Of a stretch of DNA of 64,000 bases, positions 19,527 through 30,387 are shown one piece after another. Position 1 is the stretch's first letter; each line of letters starts with the position of its first letter. The notes below the pieces were generated by a model. The model did not search any database, was not told the DNA's origin, and worked only from the letters and a program-made list of their open reading frames with translations. The position numbers and the translations under genes were made by a program. This DNA is from Candidatus Nomurabacteria bacterium (GTDB lineage: Bacteria; Patescibacteriota; Minisyncoccia; Phycocordibacterales; UBA918). The DNA is taken from positions 80,502-144,501 of the forward strand of contig JACKGF010000002.1 of assembly GCA_020632095.1 (NCBI GenBank), given 5' to 3'.

Positions 19527-20432
19527 CTAACGAGACTCCACAGCTTGTGCGGCTTTTATCGCTCCCTCTTTACTGTGAGCGACAAAAAAATACCTGCCTT
19601 TGTGACAAAATACTGCATCCTCAATCCCCGATACTGCAGCTAATTCAACATCGCGCAGTCCGGCCCAAGCTTCAGGAAACTCAGCTCGATTAGAAAAAGT
19701 GTGATAATCAGTAGCAATAACCACTGCTCGCCAAGTCTGCTCGCCGGAGGATTCTGACGGATACACAATTACATTTACATCTGAATATTCAATAAAAGAA
19801 TGCCGATTGACTGGCTCATCAAACACAAGCAATGCTTTATTCTCGGCCGCTTCGTAACCAGCCTGCACCACTTGCTTCATTTCGATATTCGCTTTAGCAA
19901 AACTAATCTTTCTTTCTAGAAAACCGCGAGCAAAATCAACCGCTTCAACAAAGGCTTCATCTTCGGTTTTGTCACTTCCCCACACCGGTTTGAATGAACC
20001 AATCACACTATACATCTCGCACGGGGCTACTTTGAGTTCGTTTAAGGTGTAGAGATTAACTCCATTATCACCAGCATCCACCGGCTGAGCAATGGCTTCT
20101 TCAATAAAATTAGTAATCTCAACCGAACCAGTAATCTGCTCTCCCAAATGCTTCCAAACCAAACCGAAACTAGAGTAAGGAATACCGTTATCTCGCATTG
20201 GGGAACCATTCTGATGATGATCAAAACGATTGGTTTCTACATCGTAAACACCACCAACATCAATCACCCAATCGGCTTTTTCTATCACTGACTCATCACG
20301 AGTGCGGATTATTTGTAAATCACTGTCCCCTAAAAAAAGTTGTAGGGTAGCAACAGCGAAAACCTCGTCGGGATGAAAACTCCCGCTATGGGTGGCAACA
20401 TTTATCATGACTACACTATATAACAACCTCAC
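19527..20432 (-). CDS. MYG1/UPF0160 family metal-dependent hydrolase
   Basis: N-terminal HSGSFHPDEVFA and DHHQ motifs typical of MYG1. Confidence 0.75.
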   Translation of the reverse strand: MRLLYSVVMINVATHSGSFHPDEVFAVATLQLFLGDSDLQIIRTRDESVIEKADWVIDVGGVYDVETNRFDHHQNGSPMRDNGIPYSSFGLVWKHLGEQITGSVEITNFIEEAIAQPVDAGDNGVNLYTLNELKVAPCEMYSVIGSFKPVWGSDKTEDEAFVEAVDFARGFLERKISFAKANIEMKQVVQAGYEAAENKALLVFDEPVNRHSFIEYSDVNVIVYPSESSGEQTWRAVVIATDYHTFSNRAEFPEAWAGLRDVELAAVSGIEDAVFCHKGRYFFVAHSKEGAIKAAQAVESR

Positions 20433-20536
20433 TCGCGTGTCAGTGACTTTTCTACAGTTATTAACTTATAACCAAATTATGTTTGAAAAACAACACTTTT
20501 TTTGCAATCTGGCAATGTCTTAGGTATAGTAGACGG

Positions 20537-21712
20537 ATGTTAATTTTATCGATTGAAACCTCATGCGACGAAACTGCTCTAAGCTTGATTGAAGCTAAGG
20601 GAGAATTTCCCACCGCCACCTACGAAATTCACGCCGATGCCTTGTGGTCGCAAATTGATGTTCATCGTGAATACGGCGGTGTCTTCCCCGCCCTAGCCAA
20701 GCGCGAACACGCCGCTATTATTGTTCCCTTACTCGAGAAAGTAATGCAGGAAGCCAATAGCACCGAAAGCGCCCATTCAGCCGAAATTTCTCCCGCGAGC
20801 AAAAATCAAATTGAAAAACTGCTCGAACGCGAACCAGGCTTGGCTGACCAACTTTTAGCTTTTCATGCCAAAAATGGACCTCAAGTTATCGACTTAATTG
20901 CTGTCACCAGTGGCCCCGGTCTGGAGCCAGCTTTGTGGGTAGGAGTCAATTTTGCGCGCGCGCTTGCTTTACTGTGGAATGTTCCAATCGTCGCCGTTAA
21001 TCACATGGAGGGTCATATCCTCGCCAGTATTTATGATGCCGAACACGACGACCAACTAACTCCAATCGAATTCCCCACTATCGCCCTCCTTATTTCTGGC
21101 GGTCACACCGAAATAATCCTGATGAAAAACTGGGGTCAGTACGAAAAAATCGGCCAAACTCGCGATGACGCCGTGGGTGAGGCTTTTGATAAAGTAGCCC
21201 GCTTGGTTGGGATTCCTTACCCAGGTGGACCAGAAGTTGCCAAGTTGGCAGGCGAAGCGCGCAAAAGAGACTTGCCACCCTTCACCAAGCTCCCCACCCC
21301 GATGCTTCACACCGACGACTTTGACTTTTCTTTTTCTGGCCTAAAAACCGCCGTCCGTTACGCTGTCCAGAACAAGGAAATGTCACCGGACGAAATCGCC
21401 GCCTTAGCACGAGATTTTGAAGATGCGGTGGCAACTGTGCTAGTCAAGAAAACTCTATCCGCCATCGACACTCACGGTGCCAAGACCTTAATCGTTGGTG
21501 GTGGAGTCAGCGCCAACCAACACATCAAACGAGAATTTGAATCAGCTCTACTAACTAATTACCCTGACGTGACATCATATTTCCCAAAGCCGGGCCTCTC
21601 CACCGACAACAGCATCATGATCGCCCTAGCCGGCCACGCCCGCGCCACTAGCGCCCTCTCCCCCAACTCCACCGACGTCATCCGCGCCGACGGAAACAAA
21701 TCCTTAACTTAG
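20537..21712 (+). CDS. tsaD: tRNA N6-adenosine threonylcarbamoyltransferase TsaD (Kae1/Gcp family); probable start MLILSIETSCDET
   Basis: ILSIETSCDETAL N-terminus, HMEGHI, metal-binding SGGVSAN region; ORF listed from 20483 probably an upstream alternative start. Confidence 0.85.
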   Translation: MLILSIETSCDETALSLIEAKGEFPTATYEIHADALWSQIDVHREYGGVFPALAKREHAAIIVPLLEKVMQEANSTESAHSAEISPASKNQIEKLLEREPGLADQLLAFHAKNGPQVIDLIAVTSGPGLEPALWVGVNFARALALLWNVPIVAVNHMEGHILASIYDAEHDDQLTPIEFPTIALLISGGHTEIILMKNWGQYEKIGQTRDDAVGEAFDKVARLVGIPYPGGPEVAKLAGEARKRDLPPFTKLPTPMLHTDDFDFSFSGLKTAVRYAVQNKEMSPDEIAALARDFEDAVATVLVKKTLSAIDTHGAKTLIVGGGVSANQHIKREFESALLTNYPDVTSYFPKPGLSTDNSIMIALAGHARATSALSPNSTDVIRADGNKSLT

Positions 21713-21798
21713 ACAAACAAAAACTTTGACTTTGGGTAGATTAATTATCTAAAAGAGATAATTCTTGCCAAATTATTTGAAACGAGTTATAAACAATT

Positions 21799-21834
21799 AG
21801 CCCATAAGCAGACCTTCCGAGGTCTGTTTGTTTT
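21799..21834 (+). terminator. Terminator downstream of tsaD (gcagacc-ttccg-aggtctg + tttgttttt)
   Basis: Stem-loop plus T-run. Confidence 0.6.
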
Positions 21835-21843
21835 TCTCAAAAT

Positions 21844-21918
21844 CCCCACATAGGATTAGTCCATCAACATCTCAAATATTGAGGTGCTTTCCCTTAGTGG
21901 ACTAATCCTATGTGGGGG
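21844..21918. repeat. Perfect 20-bp inverted repeat (ccccacataggattagtcca / tggactaatcctatgtgggg) around a 33-nt loop that itself holds a near-palindrome (catctcaaata tattgaggtg)
   Basis: Seen directly in sequence. Confidence 0.8.
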
Positions 21919-22339
21919 TTTTATGTTGTGTAATAAATACTATCTTTACTTTATTTTACCATTTACAGATAGTTTTCCCCAATTATTTAAAAATTGTTTG
22001 ACAGGGAAAATGACCAGAATATAATAGTAGCTACCTTGGAGGGAAAGCCAAGACCTAAGTATTTTATTTATGGTCTGTAATTCCTTTCAAACAAACTCAC
22101 GCGCTATATATCGCCATCTTCTCACAGCTACGTTTTTACGTGGTTTTTTATTTTTTAATTTATTTCCGTCGCCAATCAAAACGTGACCTATCGTTCACAG
22201 ACTGGTTTGGAAAATATTTTCTAACTCAATCCGTGAACAATACATAACTGTTGCGTTCGCGGATCGACTAACATCTTCCACTTTTATATTCGAAGATTTG
22301 AAGCCGGTCTAACCATTATTACAACTAACATAAATATTT

Positions 22340-23080
22340 ATGACACAAACAGCTTCAAAGCTGACGGCTGTTACTCTTGCTGGAGTACTTGCCATAGCAA
22401 CATTTAGTCTTTATACCCTTGATGCAGCAGCATATTCAAGAGGTGGCGACGATGACCGTACGACTGTACGAACAACCAATCAAGCATCAGTTTCAAACAC
22501 TGTATCAGTGAAAGCTAACACTGGTGGGAACGATGCTTACGGTGGAAACGCTGGTCGAGGAGGCAACGGCGGGGACGCCTACCGTGGAGATGGCGGACGA
22601 GGAGGAGACGGAGGACGAGGTGGTGATGCTGGTTCAGTAACATCTGGAGCAGCTACTGCTATTGGTACCGTAAACAACAACGTTAACGATACTGATGTGA
22701 CTGTAGAAGGTTGTGGTTGTGACGATCAACAAGTTGACCGATTTTCACGTTACTTCCATTTTAATAGCGACAGCCAACTCGTTAGAGTTATAACCAACAA
22801 CAATGCCCGAGTAAGTAACAATCTCGACGTTGCAGCTAACACTGGCCGAAACAATGTCGACGGTGGCGCTGGAGCAGCTGGTGGCGCAGGTGGCGACGCT
22901 CTTAGCAGTCGCTCATGGTCACTATGGTTCTCACACAACTATGATGATGGTGGACGAGGCGGTAACGCTGGCGCTGGTGGGAACGGGGGAACAGTCCGAA
23001 GTGGAAACTCATCCGCTGATGGTCTAGTGGCCAACACAGTCAACCGAAGTGTTGTCCGAGTTGGAAACAGTAGTAACTAG
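22340..23080 (+). CDS. Secreted Gly/Asn-rich repeat protein (shares ANTGxN..A.G repeat modules with the downstream large protein)
   Basis: Signal peptide; repeats VSVKANTGGNDAYGG... and LDVAANTGRNNVDGG...; locally elevated GC. Confidence 0.6.
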   Translation: MTQTASKLTAVTLAGVLAIATFSLYTLDAAAYSRGGDDDRTTVRTTNQASVSNTVSVKANTGGNDAYGGNAGRGGNGGDAYRGDGGRGGDGGRGGDAGSVTSGAATAIGTVNNNVNDTDVTVEGCGCDDQQVDRFSRYFHFNSDSQLVRVITNNNARVSNNLDVAANTGRNNVDGGAGAAGGAGGDALSSRSWSLWFSHNYDDGGRGGNAGAGGNGGTVRSGNSSADGLVANTVNRSVVRVGNSSN

Positions 23081-23165
23081 TTAATAGTTGTGGCTGGAGG
23101 GACGTAGTCCCTCCCTCCACTCAGGATTTGTCTTTAGCGACGAGTTTTGAGCGAGGGAATCTACT

Positions 23166-23543
23166 ATGAAAAACAACACTATTGACTCACAGTTTTATAT
23201 AAATACAGTCATATTAATGATTGTGTTAGGCGTGATTTTTGTCCCAATAACAAACATTAACGCTGAGACAGTTATTACCAATAACGTAAAAGTATCATCA
23301 GACGGCTCTGGTCAAAACCGCGCTTCTGTCAAAACCACTATCAATAATGTAGTAGTTGAAGATTGGTCGACAACTGGCTCAGATTCAATCTCCTACACCA
23401 GCGAAGTCGCCACATCGTCAATTTCCGTTGTGACCAAATCAGAAGAAAACATTTCCGAAACCACCCGTCGTGAACAACTAAAGAAATTAATTGTTCAATT
23501 AGAAACTTTAATTAAAATGTATGTTTCGTTACTTGCAAAATAA
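23166..23543 (+). CDS. Small secreted protein (125 aa) with signal peptide
   Basis: Hydrophobic N-terminus, Ser/Thr-rich. Confidence 0.45.
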   Translation: MKNNTIDSQFYINTVILMIVLGVIFVPITNINAETVITNNVKVSSDGSGQNRASVKTTINNVVVEDWSTTGSDSISYTSEVATSSISVVTKSEENISETTRREQLKKLIVQLETLIKMYVSLLAK

Positions 23544-26421
23544 ATTGTGGTTGGAGCAAACAGTTGCATTGGCTATTGTCAGCCTACTGTTCCTGCAAAT
23601 AATTTTCCCGACGGTTGTCTTTGGCATGAGTGAAACAATTCCTGATAATGAAACGAATACCCCCGAAGAATCACCAATCGAAACAATTGAACCCGAGCCC
23701 GACACAATAGTCTCAACCGGCAGCGCTTTGTCTGGACTGGAAGTCGTAAATGAAATAAATACAACTGAAATAAATACTCGCCCAACTAGCAGTACCAGCT
23801 CAATCCCTGAAACTGAGACAGAGGAGTCAAATAACGCCACTTCTACCACCCAAGCTAGTAGTAGCCCAGTAGAAATATTTAACCACATTCCTGATACTCC
23901 AGAATTATTGACTGTTGAATCATCCAGTTCAGCCACTTCTTCCACCAATGCGACCAGCTCAGCCACCAGTGGCAACAACTCCGCCAGCGGAATCAACAGC
24001 ACTATAGTCACCGGCGAAGCAGTGGCTTACACCGACATCATTAATGTAGTAAACACCAACATTGTAAATTCTGACGGTCTAGTTAAGTTTGTGAACGAAA
24101 CCTTAGGTTATAAGAATTTTGATCTCAGAAATGACTTTGACTTAACCTACGCTAATTTCAATACCTCACAATCAACTTCACCTTGTTCACTAAATGGTTG
24201 TAATGGCACCACCAACACCACTGTAAACACCAGCAACAATGCGGACATTACAAATAATATTTCCGTCACCGCCAATACTGGAAGCAATAAAGCGAGCGGA
24301 AGTTCAACCAACATTTCAACTGGAGACGCCTACGCTACTGCCAACATAGTAAACGTCGCCAACACTAATATCGTCGACTCTAATTACCTGTTGTTGGTTT
24401 TCAACAATTTTTCTAGTTTGAAAGGCGATATTATTCTACCCAGCAGTTCTTTCTTCGATAAAATTTCTCGCGAATCAGCTAGCTATACAAATAGCAATAT
24501 TTCCAACTCCAACTCTGCCACCGTAAACAATAATATTTCTACCGTTGCCAACACTGGCAACAATCAAGCGACGGGAGAAAACTCAGAAATAAACACCGGA
24601 AATGCAATTGCTAACAGCGACGTACACAATCAAGTCAACCAAAACATAATTGGCGGAAATTCTTTCAGTATGTTGGTACGAGTGCACGGCGACTGGAACG
24701 GCACAGTTAGCGGATTGCCCGATGGTTTTGCCTGGCGCGAAACAGACCGCGGTATCGAGATTGTCTCCGCCAATAGTAATAACGGTTCTGCCCTACCCCG
24801 TCTCAATCAGTCTTCTTCTAACATCGCAAAAATTAATAACAACGTCGAAGTCTACGCCCTCACCGGAGACAACCAAGCTGAAGGAGCAGAAACCAAAATC
24901 AAAACCGGCAACGCCTACGCCGACAGCTCAGTCATCAATATCGCCAACACCAATATTATCGGTAGCAATTGGTCTAATCTTATCTTCAATATTTACGGTA
25001 ACTGGACTGGTAATCTCACCTTTGGACAGCCAAATCTATGGCTAGGAATCACCGCCGACTCACCCGACAACCCAATCATGCCCGGTTCAGAAGTGATATA
25101 TACTTTCACGGTCTTTAATCAAGGCGATACCACTGCCCCCGATGTTAAATTGGCAACCGACTTTGAAAACCTGGCCCTCAGCTTTACTAACAACAACCAA
25201 ACCCTACAAAGCTCAGACCACAGTCACACTTGGTCAATTGGTGACATAAAGGCAGGAGAAACTAAAGAATTTACCAGAACCGCGGTTGTAAGCCAAAATA
25301 TAATTGGTTCAGTTGTCTCTGCTATTCCGCTGACTGGTCGTGTCGAGAGTAGCCAAGCTGACGCCGATGACTCTGACAATGAAGACACTGTGACTATCTA
25401 CACGGGCCAAAAAAGAAAAGATTCCAATTCACTCAATAAAACTTTTGCTTCCAAATTCGATATTACCAAAACCGCCAGTCGAGACTTAGCCCAACCCGGC
25501 GACATTGTCGACTACACCATCACCCTATTCAACCGCGGTGGCCAACTCTATGACGGACTGCTGGTTGACGTACTGGAAGACGAAGAAGGAAACACAATCC
25601 AAGAAAACAGCTGGCCTTTGGGAGACATTAAAAACTGGGAAACCATTACTATCAATTACAGCATCGAGTTCGACTCTTCAACCGCCACTGGCACCTATAC
25701 TAATCGCGCTCAGCTGGTTGGATTTCATGGCAGTCTCCAAAACAAAAACCAAACACCTTATGAATCCCCTATCGCCGTACATAAACTAAATATCGGTACT
25801 AGACCAGCTGGTCAAGTGTTGGGAATTCAAAGCGGTGTCTGTTCACCCTATCTAACTGAATACATGCGATTTGGTGAAAAAAACAATCCAAGCGAGGTGA
25901 TTAAATTACAAATCTTCCTCAATAATCACCTCAATAAAAATCTTCCTGTAACAGGCATCTTCGACCTCACAACCGAAATCGCCGTCCGTGACTTCCAAAA
26001 ACTTTATGCCGATGAAATCTTGACTCCGTGGGGTATGGAAAGGGACTCAGGCTTTGTCTACTACACTACCCAAAAGAAAATCAATGACTTGATGTGCCAA
26101 AGCTCAAAAACCTTCCCCTTAACCTTAGCTCAAGAACAAGAAATCAAATCCTACCGCCAGCAAATGGAACATATGAAAAAGTTTGCCTTCAATACTCCTC
26201 AAACTAAACGCACCCCGACTCTACCCCAAGCCATCACCCCAAACCAACAAATTAAGCCCAACACCGAGCCCGAGGAAATCAATGAAGACGAACCCTCCAA
26301 CCTTCCACCACCCGTAGAAGCTGACTTAAGTAGCCAAACTCCAGAGCGCACCAACCCTTGGAAAAAACTAACCAACTGGTGGAAATCTCTCTCCAAACCA
26401 ACTCTTTTCTCTTTACGGTAA
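23521..26421 (+). CDS. Large cell-surface repeat protein: signal peptide, Ser/Thr-rich linker, 3x ~50-aa ANTG.N.A.G...TG.A.A...V.N.ANTNI repeats, DUF11-like Ig-fold repeats, C-terminal peptidoglycan-binding (PG_binding_1-like) domain
   Basis: Repeats at residues ~250-300, ~345-390, ~445-495; DUF11-like PGSEVIYTFTVFNQGDT / AQPGDIVDYTITLFNRGG; PG-binding KLQIFLNNHLNKNLPVTGIFDLTTEIAVRDFQKLYADEILTPWGMERDSG. Confidence 0.7.
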   Translation: MFRYLQNKLWLEQTVALAIVSLLFLQIIFPTVVFGMSETIPDNETNTPEESPIETIEPEPDTIVSTGSALSGLEVVNEINTTEINTRPTSSTSSIPETETEESNNATSTTQASSSPVEIFNHIPDTPELLTVESSSSATSSTNATSSATSGNNSASGINSTIVTGEAVAYTDIINVVNTNIVNSDGLVKFVNETLGYKNFDLRNDFDLTYANFNTSQSTSPCSLNGCNGTTNTTVNTSNNADITNNISVTANTGSNKASGSSTNISTGDAYATANIVNVANTNIVDSNYLLLVFNNFSSLKGDIILPSSSFFDKISRESASYTNSNISNSNSATVNNNISTVANTGNNQATGENSEINTGNAIANSDVHNQVNQNIIGGNSFSMLVRVHGDWNGTVSGLPDGFAWRETDRGIEIVSANSNNGSALPRLNQSSSNIAKINNNVEVYALTGDNQAEGAETKIKTGNAYADSSVINIANTNIIGSNWSNLIFNIYGNWTGNLTFGQPNLWLGITADSPDNPIMPGSEVIYTFTVFNQGDTTAPDVKLATDFENLALSFTNNNQTLQSSDHSHTWSIGDIKAGETKEFTRTAVVSQNIIGSVVSAIPLTGRVESSQADADDSDNEDTVTIYTGQKRKDSNSLNKTFASKFDITKTASRDLAQPGDIVDYTITLFNRGGQLYDGLLVDVLEDEEGNTIQENSWPLGDIKNWETITINYSIEFDSSTATGTYTNRAQLVGFHGSLQNKNQTPYESPIAVHKLNIGTRPAGQVLGIQSGVCSPYLTEYMRFGEKNNPSEVIKLQIFLNNHLNKNLPVTGIFDLTTEIAVRDFQKLYADEILTPWGMERDSGFVYYTTQKKINDLMCQSSKTFPLTLAQEQEIKSYRQQMEHMKKFAFNTPQTKRTPTLPQAITPNQQIKPNTEPEEINEDEPSNLPPPVEADLSSQTPERTNPWKKLTNWWKSLSKPTLFSLR

Positions 26422-26541
26422 CACTTCACCCAAAAAACCATTGACTTGTCTAGAATCTGTGCTATGTTTGTAAACAGCCAGGTCTTTGACCGTCGCTTCT
26501 GTGGCAATAATTAACAAACACTACTCGCAAAGGAGCCCGAG

Positions 26542-26973
26542 ATGGAAAATATTTCCGGATTACTAGTATCGTTATCCATCGCATTACTGATAATCGCAGC
26601 ATTTCGTTTCTTTTATATTATCCGTAAGGAACGGAGAGAGAACCTCCTACAATACAAAAGGCTGTCCAGAGAAGCACGATTCCTCAATAATCTCAAGGAC
26701 ACAATGTTACGTTGTGCTGCCACAATAGCTACTGAGCTATTAGCGCATCCTAACACACCACTAAACGATCAACCAAACAAAAAAGTAATCCTGCTGGAAC
26801 GGATAAAATACGAAGAACTGAGTGATGTTTTCAAACGTAGAGCTAAGATTTACAATGATGGGATAAGGCATTGTATTAGCTTCTGTTACGAAGAGTTACT
26901 ACCGAAAGGGATAGAAGTGACGCTCCCACAGGAGTTTAAGGACGACTTCTGCTTTGTGATTATGAGCAGATGA
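26542..26973 (+). CDS. Hypothetical membrane-anchored protein (143 aa)
   Basis: ORF with N-terminal TM helix. Confidence 0.4.
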   Translation: MENISGLLVSLSIALLIIAAFRFFYIIRKERRENLLQYKRLSREARFLNNLKDTMLRCAATIATELLAHPNTPLNDQPNKKVILLERIKYEELSDVFKRRAKIYNDGIRHCISFCYEELLPKGIEVTLPQEFKDDFCFVIMSR

Positions 26974-27077
26974 CAACAAGAAAAAGGTAAGCCCGTCGGA
27001 GCGCACACTACGCACCGACGGGTATTATTAATCCCTACCACCAACTCATCCTAACCGCTTCAAAGCAAGGAAATTTC

Positions 27078-29309
27078 GTGCTACTATCGAGTACTATGAA
27101 TGAAGAAAAACCAAATGTTCCAGAGGTATTTTTAACCCCTTACGACCCACAACAGCACGAGGATAAGCTGTATGAATTGTGGGAAAAGTCTGGTTACTTT
27201 AATCCCGACCAATGTGTAGAGAACGGCATTGCCGACCCTGAGGCTGAGCCTTTTTCGATTGTCCTCCCTCCCCCCAATGTCACTGGCACCCTGCACATGG
27301 GCCACGCCGCGATGTTGGCGATTGAAGATATTTTGGTGCGCTATCACCGCATGAAGGGCAAGCGTACGCTCTGGATTCCTGGTACTGACTCGGCCGCTCT
27401 AGCTACCCAATCCAAAGTCGAAGGCATCATGTATAAAGAAGAAAAAAAGCGTCGTGACGAAATTGGCCGCGAAGAATTACTAAAACGAATTGATATTTTC
27501 ACTGAGGAGAGTAAAGCTACCATCATCAGTCAAACTAAGAAGATGGGTTCCAGTATGGACTGGAGTCGTTACGCCTTTACCCTCGATGAGACTCGCTACA
27601 AAGCAGTGATGGAAGCCTTTGTACGTATGTACAATCAAGGGCTCATTTACCGTGGCGCAAGAATCGTCAACTGGGACCCCGCTATGCAGACCACTGTGTC
27701 TGACGACGAAGTGGAATACGTCGAGCAAGCCGACCCTTTCTACTACTTCAAATACGGACCATTTACCATCGGTACCGTAAGACCCGAAACCAAATTTGGC
27801 GACAAGTACGTCGTCATGCATCCAGACGATAAACGCTATGCGGAATATAAGCATGGGCAACAAATCGAAGTGGAATGGATAAACGGCCCGATCACCGCCA
27901 CTATAATTAAAGACGAAGCAGCTGACCCAGAAATGGGTACCGGTGTCATGACTATCACTCCGGCTCACTCTTTGGTCGACTTTGAAATCGCCGAACGACA
28001 CAACTTAGACCGTGAACGCGTCATCGACGAACGCGGCCTCCTGCTTGATATCGCAGGTGAATTTGCCGGCCAACATATTAAAAAAGCCAGGGCCGCGATT
28101 ATTGCCAAAATGACTGAAAAAGGTCTGGTCGAAAAAATTGACGATAAATATGTCCACAATATCGCTACTAATAGTCGTGGTGGTGGTACTATCGAACCCC
28201 AAATAAAGGAACAGTGGTTTATTGATGTAAATAAGGAATTTGCAATGGGACCCTCAGAGGTTCCTGGAGTGAAGGAGGGTGACACTGTTACTCTAAAACA
28301 ACTGATGATTAAATCAGTTGAAAACGCCGGCATCACTATCTTCCCCGAACGCTTCGAACGAGTCTACTACAACTGGATTAACAACCTGCACGACTGGTGT
28401 ATCTCCAGACAGATTTGGTATGGTCATCGTATTCCAGCCTGGTTTAACAACGGCGAAATAAAAGTTCAAACCGACTCCCCGGGAGCTGGTTGGACCCAAG
28501 ACCCTGACACACTGGACACTTGGTTTTCTTCTGGCCTATGGACGATGTCTACTCTCGGCTGGCCCGAGCAAACTGAAGATTTCAAAACTTACCATCCTAC
28601 CTCAGTAATCGAGACTGGTTACGACATTCTATTTTTCTGGGTGGCTCGAATGATTTTGATGACCACTTACTTTACTGGCCAAGTACCTTTCAAAAATGTT
28701 TATCTGCACGGCCTCGTGCGTGATGATAAAGGACGCAAGATGAGTAAGTCTCTCGGAAACATCATCGATCCACTCGACATGATTGGCAAATACGGCGCCG
28801 ACGCTACCCGCCTTTCCCTGATAGTCGGCGCCGCTCCTGGTAACGACATGCCACTAAACGAAGACAAAATTCGTGGTTACAAAAAATTCGCCAATAAGGT
28901 ATGGAATGTCAGCCGATTTGTTATAACCAATATTTCTGACGCCGACTGGGCCCAAACTCCAAAATTCAGTGATCGAGATGAGGAGATTCTCAGTGAACTG
29001 AGAGCAACTGTGGCCGAAGTATCAAACGACATTGAAAAATTCAGTCTTTATTTAGCGGCCGACAAAGCCTACCACTATATCTGGCACAACTTAGCCGACC
29101 AAGTACTAGAAGAATCAAAACCGATTATCAACGGCGACGATTCTGAAGCCAAGTTAGCTCGACAATTTGTCCTCAAGGAATGTCTAGTCACTTCCCTGAA
29201 ACTCCTCCACCCCTTCATGCCCTTCATCACCGAAACTATTTGGCAAGAGTTACCTAAAGCCATCAAAGACCAAGATATATTAATGGTTGCTAAGTGGCCG
29301 GAGAGTTAA
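27078..29309 (+). CDS. valS: Valine--tRNA ligase (compact 743-aa form, no C-terminal coiled coil)
   Basis: HIGH motif PPPNVTGTLHMGHA, CP1 editing WCISRQ, KMSKS motif KMSKSLGN. Confidence 0.88.
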   Translation: MLLSSTMNEEKPNVPEVFLTPYDPQQHEDKLYELWEKSGYFNPDQCVENGIADPEAEPFSIVLPPPNVTGTLHMGHAAMLAIEDILVRYHRMKGKRTLWIPGTDSAALATQSKVEGIMYKEEKKRRDEIGREELLKRIDIFTEESKATIISQTKKMGSSMDWSRYAFTLDETRYKAVMEAFVRMYNQGLIYRGARIVNWDPAMQTTVSDDEVEYVEQADPFYYFKYGPFTIGTVRPETKFGDKYVVMHPDDKRYAEYKHGQQIEVEWINGPITATIIKDEAADPEMGTGVMTITPAHSLVDFEIAERHNLDRERVIDERGLLLDIAGEFAGQHIKKARAAIIAKMTEKGLVEKIDDKYVHNIATNSRGGGTIEPQIKEQWFIDVNKEFAMGPSEVPGVKEGDTVTLKQLMIKSVENAGITIFPERFERVYYNWINNLHDWCISRQIWYGHRIPAWFNNGEIKVQTDSPGAGWTQDPDTLDTWFSSGLWTMSTLGWPEQTEDFKTYHPTSVIETGYDILFFWVARMILMTTYFTGQVPFKNVYLHGLVRDDKGRKMSKSLGNIIDPLDMIGKYGADATRLSLIVGAAPGNDMPLNEDKIRGYKKFANKVWNVSRFVITNISDADWAQTPKFSDRDEEILSELRATVAEVSNDIEKFSLYLAADKAYHYIWHNLADQVLEESKPIINGDDSEAKLARQFVLKECLVTSLKLLHPFMPFITETIWQELPKAIKDQDILMVAKWPES

Positions 29310-29403
29310 TCTTCATAAATTAGCAACGACCTAAGTTGAAAAAATTACCGACCTTAATTTCAGGTCGGTAATTTTGGATTGTTAAATAAGTTATACTTTA
29401 ACC

Positions 29404-30387
29404 ATGACTAACTTACGAAGTTTGATGGCAAAATTTTTCTTGCTTTTGAGCATTGGATTTATTTTTGTGGCTATATCGGAATTCTGGTTTTATCAACTCC
29501 CTTCCGACAGTGGGTACACCGAAGTCTTATTGGCATACGGAATTATTGGTTACGCTTTTCTTATCTTGCTTTCACACTATCAAGTTTGGAATTTTAAAGG
29601 GTTTTTTCTGGCGGCGGCCGTGTTTGGCTTTCTGGTTGAAGGAGTGCCAGTGCCAACATTATTTACCATTCTTCCCTTCACAATCGTTTGGACCAGCCTG
29701 GCTTGGCACGCCCTGATATCAGTCGCGATTTTCTGGTACTACTTCAGAATCATTATGACAAAAACGGTTTGGTGGAGGAAAATATCGTTTATGGTGGCAC
29801 TAGGACTGTTTCTTGGCGCTTGGAATACCTACATGTGGAATATTGTCGAAACCACCGGAGGCGGAGCCACTGTACAAAAATTTCCAACTGAGTGGTTTTC
29901 AACCACTATCTTTGCCGACCAATTCCTCACAGGCTTTGCACTATTTCTGCTCGGCCACATTATATTCCAATTCGCTTATCCAAAGGCTCTACCAATACTG
30001 CATCGAGAAAAAATTATAGTAGCTGTAATTATAACTTTTTTCTTTGTTGCTGGTTCGCTTTTAAATATGTTTCCTTTTTCTTTAACCTTGATTCCTCTAC
30101 TCTTAATTTGTCACCTAGCCTTAAAGAAACATCAGCAATCGAATGACCTGGTGAACACAAAAACAAATCACATCACCGAAACTTTTAGTTACCTTAAGCT
30201 TTCTTGGCTAGATTATTTGTACACACTATTAATCCCGATTGTTGCCATCGGCACTTACGATTTGATGTATACCTATAAAATTGAAATTGAAATGAACGTA
30301 CTCTTAATTCTGACCGCCGGCCCAGTATCCGTCATCTTATTTCTTAAAGCGTTATGGACCAAGAGTAGTAAAGAATCTAAAATTTAG
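29404..30387 (+). CDS. Polytopic membrane protein (327 aa), unknown function
   Basis: Highly hydrophobic ORF. Confidence 0.5.
   Translation: MTNLRSLMAKFFLLLSIGFIFVAISEFWFYQLPSDSGYTEVLLAYGIIGYAFLILLSHYQVWNFKGFFLAAAVFGFLVEGVPVPTLFTILPFTIVWTSLAWHALISVAIFWYYFRIIMTKTVWWRKISFMVALGLFLGAWNTYMWNIVETTGGGATVQKFPTEWFSTTIFADQFLTGFALFLLGHIIFQFAYPKALPILHREKIIVAVIITFFFVAGSLLNMFPFSLTLIPLLLICHLALKKHQQSNDLVNTKTNHITETFSYLKLSWLDYLYTLLIPIVAIGTYDLMYTYKIEIEMNVLLILTAGPVSVILFLKALWTKSSKESKI

Noticed and set aside
27132-28499. Minus-strand ORFs inside valS
   Set aside because: Overlap a gene with HIGH/KMSKS motifs; spurious.
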